DNA of 64,000 bases. Origin: a virus. The stretch is from positions 32,001 to 96,000 of the IMG/VR virus record IMGVR_UViG_3300022391_000001. The stretch is one strand, 5' to 3'. The notes under the pieces were generated by a model that had not been told where the DNA came from, did not search any database, and was given only the letters and a program-made list of their open reading frames with translations. Position numbers and translations under genes: made by a program. This document shows, piece after piece, positions 8,778 to 18,225 of the stretch (positions are counted from its first letter, which is position 1; every line of letters begins with the position of its first letter).

Positions 8778-9131
8778 ATGACGACAAACATCCGTCTGGA
8801 CCGATACTACAGCAAGCCGAATGAAACCCAAAGCGCCTGCGACCACGACAAGGTGTACAACCGTCGGAGGGTGTATACCTCGCACCCTCCGAAAATGGAC
8901 TGGGCGCGGAGAAGGTGTGGGTTGAGGGGCAGGGACACGTTGGGTGGGGGCGAGGTCGATGACGAGTATTCAGCGGAGCTTCGGAAGTGGGCTGAAGACG
9001 GGGTTGGGGATAGGGATGGGACTCGAACGGGCGGCGGTGGACAGTGTCTCGTCTGCGGTGGGCCGGTAGGTGAGACGGGGTGCTTTCGTGTAGAATGCCT
9101 CGGGCAACCCTTCAAACCTAATGGGGTGTGA
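8778..9131 (+). CDS. hypothetical protein with C-terminal CxxC-CxxxxC zinc motif
   Basis: GGAGGT RBS; CLVCGG...CFRVEC. Confidence 0.5.
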   Translation: MTTNIRLDRYYSKPNETQSACDHDKVYNRRRVYTSHPPKMDWARRRCGLRGRDTLGGGEVDDEYSAELRKWAEDGVGDRDGTRTGGGGQCLVCGGPVGETGCFRVECLGQPFKPNGV

Positions 9132-10637
9132 GGTGGGTTGCGGGTGTGGGGTTGGGACGTGTCGGCGTGGGGTTTTTTCTGAAAACAGCGGATGGCAATA
9201 GCGGGCAAGGACGCGCGTGTGTATTTTAGGTGTGTTTCGGGTGTATTTTCTGGGAGTGTGTTGATATCTTTGAATAGTGGTCGTTCGATTCCCGAGACGG
9301 GGAAAGTGGTCGCTTGAGTGGTCTTGGCGGGGACGATTGTTGCGTTCTGTGGTGCATGGGTGTGGGGTTTTGGCTAGAAACAGGTGATGGCGTGGATGGG
9401 GTGAGCGGGATGGGGTGTGGGGTTGGGTGTGGGACGGTGACGTGTGGGCGTGGGGTTTTCTCTGAAAACAGGTGGTGGGGCGGAGGTGTGGGGGCCATGG
9501 GTGTTGGGTGATTGGGTGGTAGTTGAGTGGTTCAAAAGGGGTGGAAGTGTGAGACGGTGGCGTGGGAAGCGTGGGGTGGTTGTGCCAGGCATTGGGCTGC
9601 GGCGCAGCCCACCCCACGCTTCCGTCCACAGTGGGGGGGTCGCTCCGCTTTCACACCGCAATCGCCCCCACCTCGGAGCCCTCCGCCGAGACACTCATCC
9701 CACCCAACCAGGCATGTGTTATCTGGTAGCTGGGAGCGCCAGATTGTCTACCGGACGGTAGGCAGCGGGCACCCCTCGGAGGGTGTGCGGTCGGAGGGTG
9801 AGATTGCCCCTCCGAGGTGTGGTTTGCGCATGCCCTCCGAGCCCTGCTCTATGATGCATTTTTGCACGCAAAATGCCATGCGGTGTTGGGTGATATGTGT
9901 GCGAAAGTATAATTATTTAGCTGTGTTGTGTGGAGGTTGAATTATATGGGGTTTCCGCACGCCCTGTGGTGTGTGCGAAGCACACTGCAAGTGGCAGGAA
10001 GTTCAACGATTTCGCCACACCACACCCACGCCGCCCACTATCCCCACTAGAGTCATGTTTATTTGTTCGTTTCTCGTCACATCCCCTTCTACGGGCTACC
10101 CCATTCAGTCTTATCCCCACTCTATCCGCTCTTCATCCTTTTCTCGCTCCTATCCCTCCCTTGTACTCGTCATACGGGTACTTGTATATGCTCCTATGTT
10201 CTTCTCGCTTGTTCTAGTGGCTTCTCTCATTTCTCGTGTAGACTTGTGTTGTAGTTGTCTGCGATGCCTTCTGTTGTTTCCTTGTGCGTGGGGCTTCGAG
10301 GTGGGGTCTGGTTTTTCCGGGCTGTGGGAGGGATGGTGTTTTCTGGGCTCGTGCAATGCTGTTGGACTTGAGTTGCTGTGGTGCGCGGATAAACAGCCTC
10401 GATGTTTGATCTTGAAGTCCGGTTTCTTAGGGCTTCCAATAAAAGGCGTGTTTCCGGCTTCGTTGCTCGTTTAGGTGTTGTCCGAGTTGAATTCTATGGG
10501 TTTGCGTTGGCTGGAGCATTGTCTGTGTCCATGCGGGTGCGTTTCTTGTGCCGCTTTGGCGTGCCAAATTTCTATGGGTGTTTTCGTGTCTCTTCTCGGT
10601 GCTTTGTTCAGGTGGCGTTTCCGTCCGGTGGTGCTCG
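9132..10637. other. about 1.5 kb non-coding, strand-skewed, repeat-rich region
   Basis: only low-complexity spurious ORFs; G/T-rich plus strand; dispersed GTGGGGTTTT-n-GAAA(A)CAG and TCGGAGGG motifs. Confidence 0.7.
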
Positions 10638-10934
10638 TTAGGATTTGTCTGTTTCTGGCTTCGTTTCCGCACACAGTTCTATGGCGGAATGGGGTGCGCT
10701 TGCCTTGATGGTCTTCTCCACGGCGTTGCGGAGCCGTTTGGCCTGCATTTTATGCTTCTCGTTACACCACGGGCACGAACGGGCGGGACGCCGCCAGCCC
10801 ACGTCAACCGCATCGACGTCATAGGTGTGCATGAGCGCTTCTAGCTTGCCGATGAACTCCGTCCTGTCCCTCGGGTCATTGTCGCAGATGATGTTTCCAA
10901 CCAGGTTGCTTTCCACTTTGTGCTCCGGTGTCAT
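10638..10934 (-). CDS. hypothetical protein (CxxC)
   Basis: 98-aa ORF, last gene of a coupled operon. Confidence 0.55.
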   Translation of the reverse strand: MTPEHKVESNLVGNIICDNDPRDRTEFIGKLEALMHTYDVDAVDVGWRRPARSCPWCNEKHKMQAKRLRNAVEKTIKASAPHSAIELCAETKPETDKS

Positions 10935-11148
10935 CCTTCTCGGTTCCCCCGCATGATTTTTGCCTCTTTGGGCGTGTCAGGTTGCAAACGGTCGGCGTTC
11001 ACGTCCGGATAAAGCGGCGCCCGGATTTGATCCAGCCGGTCGTTGAGACGCTCTATCGCTTCGGTCAACCGTTCTTGCGACTTTCGATGAAGCTGAAGCT
11101 CCGTGATCAGCGTCCGGAGATTGTGGTTCAACGTTGATGTGTTTTCCG

Positions 11149-11568
11149 TCATGGTTTCTTGCTCCCGCGTGGCTTCGCGTTGTATCCTGTGCCCATTTTC
11201 GGCGGCACGCCCCGGCTGACTTCCGAAAGCACCTTGGCTGCCAGGTCCCTCGGGATGCGATGGAGCCCCCAATCGGCTGGGATGAACAGTGCTGTGGCCT
11301 TTGCACCTGTCCTCCGGATTGCTTCGCGCACCAGCTCGATGTCGGCGCCGTCGGGCGGCGAGCCCTGCTGGTACTTGAGCAGGATCAAATCACCATCCTC
11401 GATGCGGAGCTTGCTCACCATCTCCCTCCATCCATAAAATTGTGTTGCTCGTGCCTGATGCTTGGCCTCATATTCTCGTGCCTTGCGTTCCCATCGCTCG
11501 TTGTCCCACTCATCGCCCAAGTCCAGCCCGGTCCACAGCACTTCGCCGTCCAAGTCGTTTCGTCCCAT
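11149..11568 (-). CDS. hypothetical protein
   Basis: 139-aa ORF with AGGAG RBS. Confidence 0.55.
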   Translation of the reverse strand: MGRNDLDGEVLWTGLDLGDEWDNERWERKAREYEAKHQARATQFYGWREMVSKLRIEDGDLILLKYQQGSPPDGADIELVREAIRRTGAKATALFIPADWGLHRIPRDLAAKVLSEVSRGVPPKMGTGYNAKPRGSKKP

Positions 11569-11599
11569 CCGGACTGTCTCCTATGGGTGATTTTGTTTG

Positions 11600-12070
11600 T
11601 TATTGCCGCCAGCGGTCCCGGAGCTGTTCTAGTGTTGCTGCCGAAAATGGCTTGTTGCTGGTCCTCAGCTCCTTGGTCATCGCCCTCTGATATTGGATCT
11701 GCTCGTCCAGGATGGCCTTCAGCGCGTGCTCCGTCGTTGGGTACTTGAGCACCCGTCCGGAGCGGTCTGAAATCGTCATCCCCTCCGCGTCCCACTCTAT
11801 GGTGATCAGCGGCGGAGTGCCGAGGATGTTCTCCGCCGCTTGGCGAAGGTGACTTGGCGCTCCGAGCGTCCACCCATCCGATCGCATCAGCACGATGTCG
11901 TAGTGAATCCCGTCCCGGCGTGCCTGCCAGGTGGGCACCGCGTCCCCCTCGTGGTTGAGCAGAACTCGGATGGGCCCCTTCTTCAGCACGCGGACAAGCT
12001 CCGCCCCGTGCCCGTTGTCATCTAGCCCGAGCATAACACCACTTTCCTGCTGTTTTCGTGCGTCCCCCAA
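11600..12070 (-). CDS. hypothetical protein
   Basis: 156-aa ORF with GGAGG RBS. Confidence 0.55.
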   Translation of the reverse strand: MGDARKQQESGVMLGLDDNGHGAELVRVLKKGPIRVLLNHEGDAVPTWQARRDGIHYDIVLMRSDGWTLGAPSHLRQAAENILGTPPLITIEWDAEGMTISDRSGRVLKYPTTEHALKAILDEQIQYQRAMTKELRTSNKPFSAATLEQLRDRWRQ

Positions 12071-12084
12071 CCCTCCGCCTGGAC

Positions 12085-12333
12085 TCAGACTCGCCTTTGT
12101 TCTATCGGCAAAAATTGGTGATACGTGATGGTGTTGTTGACGTTGTCCTCCGTCCGCTCGATGTGACGGCGAAGATCAAACCCGTTGATCACCAATTCTT
12201 CATGGATTTTGTGGCCCATTTTCTGCGCCGTCTGGAGCGTCACGGTGTGGGTGATGTATCGGTAACCGTCACCGATGGCCACCCGGTCGCCGTTGACCAG
12301 GAGCTTCTTGAAGTGCTCATCCTTGAAGATCAT
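12085..12333 (-). CDS. hypothetical protein
   Basis: 82-aa ORF with GAGG RBS. Confidence 0.5.
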   Translation of the reverse strand: MIFKDEHFKKLLVNGDRVAIGDGYRYITHTVTLQTAQKMGHKIHEELVINGFDLRRHIERTEDNVNNTITYHQFLPIEQRRV

Positions 12334-12703
12334 CTTCTAACCTCACATCAATGATCCGTCGCCCTTCTCGGATCTGCTTACAGGTCTCACACTCCGGATC
12401 GTGCTCGACAACGCTCTGGAGCCCGAGGATGGCCCGAGCGGCGTTGTGGATGCAATCATCGTATCCGCAGCTGTTCTCGCACTCCGTCCCGGCGGCGGTC
12501 TTCAGCAGCCCTCGGAGCTTCGCGCCTGCTTCCGGATCATCAAATTGCTTGTTCCAATCTTCTGTGCGTTTCCGTGGCCAGCTGGACACCTCCGGCGCAC
12601 CCTCCGGTCGCAGAAGGTTGAGCAGGACGCCATCGAGCCGCCAGCCATGAAAACTTGTGCCGTTGTCGCTGATCTTGTTCCAATCCATGATGTTCTTGGT
12701 CAT
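12317..12703 (-). CDS. hypothetical Cys/His-rich protein
   Basis: CENSCGYDDCIH and HDPECETC motifs. Confidence 0.5.
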   Translation of the reverse strand: MTKNIMDWNKISDNGTSFHGWRLDGVLLNLLRPEGAPEVSSWPRKRTEDWNKQFDDPEAGAKLRGLLKTAAGTECENSCGYDDCIHNAARAILGLQSVVEHDPECETCKQIREGRRIIDVRLEDDLQG

Positions 12704-12933
12704 GATAGCGTGTATCCCTTGCCGCCGCAATTCATGCAGACTCTCTGGCGGGTGTCGTACCACTTCCTGCCATCATAGGCGATGCGAGATGCCTTGCGGA
12801 GCGTCTGGAGCGCTCCGTCCAGGTATCGGGATTGGACCTTTGTGGACAAGGCGTCGTGGATCTCTGAATGACTCAACCTCTTGTCCTTCAGCAACTCCAT
12901 GATCTCTGCTTCCACCCCATCCTTTCTTTCCAT
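12700..12933 (-). CDS. small winged-HTH-like protein with CxxCxGxG
   Basis: IMELLKDKRLSHSEIHDAL...ALQTLRKASRI...W pattern. Confidence 0.55.
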   Translation of the reverse strand: MERKDGVEAEIMELLKDKRLSHSEIHDALSTKVQSRYLDGALQTLRKASRIAYDGRKWYDTRQRVCMNCGGKGYTLS

Positions 12934-12948
12934 GTTTTATGCGTCCTT

Positions 12949-13245
12949 TCACGGGAGCAACCCGCTTTGGTATTCATCCCATTGCTCCTGCCAAAACCCC
13001 ACCCATTCTTCCATGTGTTCTTCACAGAGAATTGGCGGCGTGTCACTTTCTGCGTCCCCGTATGCGGTCATCACCGGCGCCCGAGTCCCCTCCGCCTTGC
13101 GTCCGTGCCGCTCGCACTCTTCACATGGCCCCGTGCGTGGCAACTTCCAGAACCACCCTGGAACCGACAACCCTGGTATGTATGGCTTGATGGGCTCCGG
13201 CGGCGGAGTCGAGAAACGGCGGCGCAGCTCATCCAGCGTCGGCAT
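12949..13245 (-). CDS. hypothetical zinc-finger protein
   Basis: MPTLDELRRRF start; CEEC...LCEEH. Confidence 0.55.
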   Translation of the reverse strand: MPTLDELRRRFSTPPPEPIKPYIPGLSVPGWFWKLPRTGPCEECERHGRKAEGTRAPVMTAYGDAESDTPPILCEEHMEEWVGFWQEQWDEYQSGLLP

Positions 13246-13444
13246 CAAATCCCCAAGCGAGTGTATCCCGAGGATGGACACGCACCTTGGTCTGGCCGCG
13301 CTGGATGTGGTATATTCCGCGCCTGCTCTCCAGGAGCGCTCCGGTGAAATTCAGCTCCAGATGCGTGACCGGCTTGTCGTGGGCGAGTGTGTAGCCCCTC
13401 GGGAGCTTGCCGATGATGTCCCTGATGCTCTCGATGTCCGACAC
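13229..13444 (-). CDS. hypothetical protein
   Basis: 71-aa ORF with AGGAGG RBS. Confidence 0.5.
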   Translation of the reverse strand: MSDIESIRDIIGKLPRGYTLAHDKPVTHLELNFTGALLESRRGIYHIQRGQTKVRVHPRDTLAWGFDADAG

Positions 13445-13494
13445 GGCGCCACCTCCTTGAACCGTATCTACATACAGGGAGCCGTCGGCGCTGA

Positions 13495-13797
13495 TTAGAG
13501 CTCACGCGGATGCGGCCCGTCGGTGATCTCTACTATGCTTTGACCCATCTGGTTGGCCGGTCCCGGCGGCGGCTGCCCATCTCGCTTGCGCCGCTTGATG
13601 GCAAATTGGTGTGCCGCTTGAATCGCGGAATTGGAGCTTGGGCCCGTGCCCTCATAGGCTCGGCCATCGTCGGCGGTGAGCGTCGCTCGCCAGTACTGCG
13701 GCCTGTTCTTCTTGCCGCTCGGGATGGGCTTGTCCTTGGGGCCAGTCTCTTTGGGCTTCTCAGGACGTGGCTTGGGCCCGACTGGATTCTTGGCCAT
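13495..13797 (-). CDS. hypothetical basic protein
   Basis: 100-aa ORF with AGGAGG RBS. Confidence 0.55.
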   Translation of the reverse strand: MAKNPVGPKPRPEKPKETGPKDKPIPSGKKNRPQYWRATLTADDGRAYEGTGPSSNSAIQAAHQFAIKRRKRDGQPPPGPANQMGQSIVEITDGPHPREL

Positions 13798-13850
13798 CGT
13801 GTGCCTCCTTGATGGAGGTGATCATAGCGTGGATGCGTCTGGGAACCGAG

Positions 13851-14426
13851 TCACGGATTGAGCCCGTTCTTGTAGCCCTTCAGCGCCTTGTCGCCAGCCA
13901 GCTCAAATGCTGCTTTACGGGCCAAATATTCTGTGCTGAACACACCCTTGTCGGTGATCTTCATAGCCTTGCCCCGGCGACCGTACTGGGCCCGCACCTT
14001 GTAGGATGTCGTTTTGGTCGCCCCGATGCCAACCTTTGTTGCCAAGATCTCGACCACATACACCTTGTCGGAACGCTCATCCCGGAGATGAAGCGGGATG
14101 CGCTCGTGAACCTTGTAGGGCGGAGGTGGCGGAAGCAGCTCCGCTTCGGCCATTTTCGGCCCGTGCGGGAGCGGTGGACGCGGCGGCGGAGTCTTGGCCT
14201 TGGGGAGCGGCTCTGGCTTGCGCTTCGGTGCTTTCTCAGGCGGAGGTGGCGGCGGCGGAGTATTATCCTTGAGATGCCCAGGCCCCTTTCCCGACATCGC
14301 CGTCAAAGCATCGCCCATATCGTCCAGCCGGGTTTCAAAATCAGGCTTGTTGGCCGTTTTGCTAGGCTGTGAAGCGGGTGTGTTGCTTGTCCCAAAGCGC
14401 TGTCGGAGTTGGTCGAGTGTTGGCAT
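13851..14426 (-). CDS. Pro-rich protein with C-terminal WGR domain
   Basis: SDKVYVVEI...VRAQYGRRG...A...KALKGY is the WGR pattern; GGAGTCAGCCATG start. Confidence 0.75.
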   Translation of the reverse strand: MPTLDQLRQRFGTSNTPASQPSKTANKPDFETRLDDMGDALTAMSGKGPGHLKDNTPPPPPPPEKAPKRKPEPLPKAKTPPPRPPLPHGPKMAEAELLPPPPPYKVHERIPLHLRDERSDKVYVVEILATKVGIGATKTTSYKVRAQYGRRGKAMKITDKGVFSTEYLARKAAFELAGDKALKGYKNGLNP

Positions 14427-14512
14427 GGCTGACTCCCTTGTACAACTTGTCCAACGAGCCTGGTTTGAAATAAGGCGGGTGCCTTCTCGGAGGTGCCCGC
14501 CCACCTCCCTTG

Positions 14513-14707
14513 CTACAGCGTCAATCCTTCGTTGAGCTCAACAAGGCGCCCGATACGGTCCATGAGCTTGCGGTATTCCTTGGCGTGATCGTCCCCTTCT
14601 CGGACGTTGCCGAGGTTGTATGCCTCGCCCATGAGCTCACCTAGCTCCGTCGCTTGCTCCCGGAGCTTCTGAATCTTCTTTGCCCTTGCTAGCTGCTTCG
14701 CGTCCAT
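14513..14707 (-). CDS. hypothetical protein
   Basis: 64-aa ORF with AGGAG RBS. Confidence 0.55.
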   Translation of the reverse strand: MDAKQLARAKKIQKLREQATELGELMGEAYNLGNVREGDDHAKEYRKLMDRIGRLVELNEGLTL

Positions 14708-14710
14708 GAC

Positions 14711-14902
14711 CTACTCCTTGCCGATGTCGCCGTTGAGGATGAGCTGGCGCTCCCAATGGGATAGCGTCCGGAGATCATCGAGTGCCTTGCGGTAGGCTCG
14801 CTGATACGCCTCATAACCGGTTCTTGAGGATGTTAGCTGGCGATGTGCCTTCCAATAGCGTCGGGCTTTGTCGATAACCTGATCCGTTGTTGCTTTCTTC
14901 AT
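14711..14902 (-). CDS. hypothetical protein
   Basis: 63-aa ORF directly below a conserved promoter. Confidence 0.55.
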   Translation of the reverse strand: MKKATTDQVIDKARRYWKAHRQLTSSRTGYEAYQRAYRKALDDLRTLSHWERQLILNGDIGKE

Positions 14903-14934
14903 GGTCGACTCCGTTCTTTCCTTGTCCTACCTAT

Positions 14935-14963
14935 ATCATAAGTCCATCCACTGTAAAAGTCGA
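14935..14963 (-). promoter_or_regulatory. conserved phage promoter TCGACT-N17-TATGAT
   Basis: minus strand CCACTCGACTTTTACAGTGGATGGACTTATGATATAG; the same architecture occurs at six sites. Confidence 0.8.
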
Positions 14964-15031
14964 GTGGAAGTGGCCAAAAAAGTTGGCGCCCAAGGTCGAT
15001 TTTGTCCCGTGTTGATTTCTCAAGGCGCCAA

Positions 15032-15066
15032 AGCGGCTTGGGCACCCTCCGAGGGTGCCCGCCGCT
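15032..15066 (-). terminator. GC-rich hairpin, probable terminator
   Basis: AGCGGC..GGGCACCCTCCGAGGGTGCCC GCCGCT inverted repeat just after the 15073 stop codon; only a short U-tract. Confidence 0.55.
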
Positions 15067-15072
15067 GTGGTC

Positions 15073-16044
15073 TTAGGCCATCGCGTCCAGAATCATCTCC
15101 GCTTCTGCTTCGGCCCGAGGGTCCAAGGACCACTTCTTCAGACCACGGAAGCGCTTGCAGTCGATGTCGACCGGAACCAAGAAGCGAGCGAAGTTGCCGT
15201 TGAGCTCGACAGCTTCGGGCTGGAGCTTGCCGGAGTCGACCAGATCCTTGACTGCCGCCTTGGCCGCTTCGGCGGTGACTTCGCCCTTGTCGGTGACCGC
15301 GTACACGCCACCGGGCTTGCGCTTCCCGCAGCCCCGCTTGTGCTCCGCTTCGGCGGCGGTGACTTCAACCAGGCGGAAACCGGCGGCGGCCATGTCCTTG
15401 CGAACCTGCTCGTCATCCTCGGGCTTGAGGATGTATTCGATGGCGCTGGGGATGAACATCCCGAACACCTTGCCTTGCGGGAGCCGCCCCGTCCCGCCGC
15501 AGGTGGCGCACATCGAGGTGTCGGCGACGTTCTTGATGCTGAAGCGCTTGGGCTGATGAAGCCAGTAGTTGTACTTGCGGTGGTCCCAGATCGAGCCGTC
15601 CTTGAGGGTGATGTGCCCGCCGGTCCCTGCCTCGATGGTCTCGGGCTCCGCGTCGTATTGCGCCTGAAGCTCTGTGGTCTTGCGTGCGCGGTTGTCCAGG
15701 AGCTTCTGAAGGCGTGCCTTCTCGGTGACCTCATCGGCGTCGGTGGCGGCTTGGAGTGCGTCGATGAGCTTGTCGGACTCTGCGCCGATGCGATCGATCT
15801 CGTTTTGGAGCTTCCGCCGCTCCGGGTTTTCAATAACGCCGACGCAATCCGGACACTCGCTGTACTCGCCCTCGTCATGCGCGACGAAAATGACCGTGCC
15901 GGGCTCCATAAGGGCGGCGGCGGTGGCGACGTTGGGGAGCCGCTTGGAGACTCCGAGTGCGAGTGCTTCGTCTGTGTAGGACTCGATGGACCCGTAGTGC
16001 TCTTGACCGATCCACATGAGGTAGCTGTTGGTGATCTGTGACAT
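15073..16044 (-). CDS. hypothetical protein with CxxC pairs flanking a coiled coil
   Basis: 323 aa; CPDC...CATCGGTG; strong coding pattern; GGAGTCAGCCATG start. Confidence 0.75.
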   Translation of the reverse strand: MSQITNSYLMWIGQEHYGSIESYTDEALALGVSKRLPNVATAAALMEPGTVIFVAHDEGEYSECPDCVGVIENPERRKLQNEIDRIGAESDKLIDALQAATDADEVTEKARLQKLLDNRARKTTELQAQYDAEPETIEAGTGGHITLKDGSIWDHRKYNYWLHQPKRFSIKNVADTSMCATCGGTGRLPQGKVFGMFIPSAIEYILKPEDDEQVRKDMAAAGFRLVEVTAAEAEHKRGCGKRKPGGVYAVTDKGEVTAEAAKAAVKDLVDSGKLQPEAVELNGNFARFLVPVDIDCKRFRGLKKWSLDPRAEAEAEMILDAMA

Positions 16045-16080
16045 GGCTGACTCCCGTTGGTTTCTTGTCCGTCTGCCTAT

Positions 16081-16109
16081 ATCATAATTCCATCCACCGG
16101 AAAAGTCGA
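16081..16109 (-). promoter_or_regulatory. conserved phage promoter TCGACT-N17-TATGAT
   Basis: CCACTCGACTTTTCCGGTGGATGGAATTATGATATAGG. Confidence 0.8.
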
Positions 16110-16156
16110 GTGGAAGTTTGCCAGAATCAGCCTTGGGAGGCAACTTTTTTGGCGGC

Positions 16157-17023
16157 TCACGCTTGCGCCGCTTCATCCATGTCGCTACGGTGGCGAAGAT
16201 AGACCGGAAACCTGTATGTGGCGACTGCTGTGGGGTCTTTTTGATGCTTGAACTCAACCCAGCGTCCGAGGTGCCCCGCTTGGTCTGCCCAGATCTCGTG
16301 CCGTTGTTCGTCTGTGAAGCCCGTTCCAACTTCCACCTCTGAGCCGTCAGCCATCTCCAGGATCAACGCTCCGAGCGTACCCTGGAGACGCCGCGTGCCC
16401 TCCTGATAGCCCTTGATGCGCCCGTCGGAGCTTGTCCAGGGCTTGCGTTTCATCCACGCTCGGGAGCGGCGGCCAACGTATACGCCATCGGGGTCCTTGA
16501 GCATAGCCCCCTCGAAATTGTGGGCCAAGAACACCTCAAACACCCGCTCCACCTGCGCATCGTCGGACACCTCGATGTGGGGTGTAAGCGACACGTTGGC
16601 GGCGCACGAGTGCTCGATCAACTCCTGGAGCCTGTCCTTGCGCTCCCGCAGCGGCGTCTCATCCCCGCCGGGAAGCACCAAGTCAAACGCATAGAACATC
16701 AGCGCGCTGCGGTCCATCTCGGGATCTTCAGTCTTGACGAGCGAGGTGGTGGCGTTCCAGGACTCGCTGAATGCTTCACCGTCGATCACCACCCCGTCCG
16801 GATACAGACGATTGGCCTCATCGACCAGCTGATCAGCGATGAAGCCCAGACGGTCGGTGTAGTCCACACCGCTCCGCTGTACGACGATGCCGCTAGACAC
16901 ACCGTTGAACACGAGCTGGAACCGATACCCATCCAGCTTCGGCTCTGCCCATAGGGGCCATTTAGCGTGCTTCTCGGACCACGCCTCTGCGAGCATCATC
17001 GTTGGCTTGTGTTTGGTTGCCAT
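16157..17023 (-). CDS. lig: ATP-dependent DNA ligase
   Basis: EPKLDGYR (motif I), IDGE, FYAFD, EGAMLK, WMKRK, and an OB domain with VGTGF and RFPVY. Confidence 0.92.
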   Translation of the reverse strand: MATKHKPTMMLAEAWSEKHAKWPLWAEPKLDGYRFQLVFNGVSSGIVVQRSGVDYTDRLGFIADQLVDEANRLYPDGVVIDGEAFSESWNATTSLVKTEDPEMDRSALMFYAFDLVLPGGDETPLRERKDRLQELIEHSCAANVSLTPHIEVSDDAQVERVFEVFLAHNFEGAMLKDPDGVYVGRRSRAWMKRKPWTSSDGRIKGYQEGTRRLQGTLGALILEMADGSEVEVGTGFTDEQRHEIWADQAGHLGRWVEFKHQKDPTAVATYRFPVYLRHRSDMDEAAQA

Positions 17024-17033
17024 CGAGCCCTCC

Positions 17034-17240
17034 TCACCCGTCATAGTCTTCTGTGTCCTGCTCAACGTCAATCGTTTCCACGACGGTGAGCCCCATCGCC
17101 GCCACCTGATCGAGCACCCACCTTCGGGGGCCAGCGCACTCTGTCACCCAATCTTCAAATGGGCCGGAGCGCACTTCCAGTGTCGCCACAGGCAGCCCCG
17201 TCGTGAAGCAGCTGAGCAGATGAAGTCTTGCTTCTCGCAT
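17034..17240 (-). CDS. hypothetical protein
   Basis: 68-aa ORF with GAGGGG RBS. Confidence 0.45.
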   Translation of the reverse strand: MREARLHLLSCFTTGLPVATLEVRSGPFEDWVTECAGPRRWVLDQVAAMGLTVVETIDVEQDTEDYDG

Positions 17241-17253
17241 CGTCGTTCCCCTC

Positions 17254-17970
17254 TCAGTCAAATGAACCCGTGTTGCGCCAAAACACCTTGAGGTCGGCGT
17301 CCTGGTAGACCACTCGGTTGGGTGCGTCGTATGTCTCGCCCATCGTCTGCGCCTTGTACGTTTCAAAGGCCACAACATAGCTGCGCTCGATGAACTCGGA
17401 GCCGAAGCTGACCTGAATCCAGCCCTTCTCGGCCAACGCTTCCAGATGGGCGTCGGTGAGCTTGAAGGGGAGCTTCGCCTGCGGCTTGCGGGAGCTGATG
17501 ATGGCCATGATGTTGATCCAACGCGGCTTGGAGCTGTAGCCCCGCTGGATGGCGACGTTGCCAGACGCTTGGTTGACCTTGACGACGGTTTCCCACAGCG
17601 GCGATGAGCCTTTGTAGCGCACCAGAACCTCATCGCCCGGCTCGATGGCGAGGGTGTCTAGCTTGTTGCGGCGTGCGTTCCGTCGCTCCCGCTTGTGCTC
17701 TTGAGCGTTGTCCCGATTGTCCTCATACTTGCCGGTGGCGGCGGAGATCTCGGCGGCGGTGTATTCCCGAGATGGCTTCCCAAAGAGATTGGCGCCTGTG
17801 ACTTTGAAGCCATAGGCATCCTCCTTGGCGGGCTTGGTGAGCGGTGCGAGACTGTACTTGTTGCGCCCTCGGAAGCGTCCCCGCCGGATTGGCTCGATGT
17901 CGATGATGATGACGTCCAGGCGTGGCCCTTTGGCGGGAAGGATGCTGACGATGTCCCCGATCTTGTACAT
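17254..17970 (-). CDS. hypothetical protein with SH3/KOW-like repeats
   Basis: YKIGDIVSI and IEPGDEVLV motifs; GGAGTCAGCCATG start. Confidence 0.65.
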   Translation of the reverse strand: MYKIGDIVSILPAKGPRLDVIIIDIEPIRRGRFRGRNKYSLAPLTKPAKEDAYGFKVTGANLFGKPSREYTAAEISAATGKYEDNRDNAQEHKRERRNARRNKLDTLAIEPGDEVLVRYKGSSPLWETVVKVNQASGNVAIQRGYSSKPRWINIMAIISSRKPQAKLPFKLTDAHLEALAEKGWIQVSFGSEFIERSYVVAFETYKAQTMGETYDAPNRVVYQDADLKVFWRNTGSFD

Positions 17971-17997
17971 GGCTGACTCCCGCTTGCGTCCGATGTC

Positions 17998-18189
17998 CTA
18001 TTGAACGTGATCTGGACCGTTCCAGTAGCGTCGGCAAAACGAGCTGAATTGCCGCTCCGTCCACCCCGTCCCGCTCGCTGCCGCTTTCATCAACACGTCG
18101 ACATCGGCGTCAAGCGACGGGTCGCAAAGTGTGTCCATGACCATATCCGCCAAAACCTTCAACTCTTCAACGGTGTACTTCTCGTTCAT
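17998..18189 (-). CDS. hypothetical protein
   Basis: 63 aa; GGAGTCGGTCATG start. Confidence 0.55.
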   Translation of the reverse strand: MNEKYTVEELKVLADMVMDTLCDPSLDADVDVLMKAAASGTGWTERQFSSFCRRYWNGPDHVQ

Positions 18190-18225
18190 GACCGACTCCC
18201 GTTTGCCCTTGGAAATCTTGGACGT

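Noticed and set aside
8807-10844. ORFs called across the G/T-rich tract
   Set aside because: They give low-complexity Pro/His/Thr or Gly/Val/Trp translations without RBS, consistent with non-coding skewed DNA.
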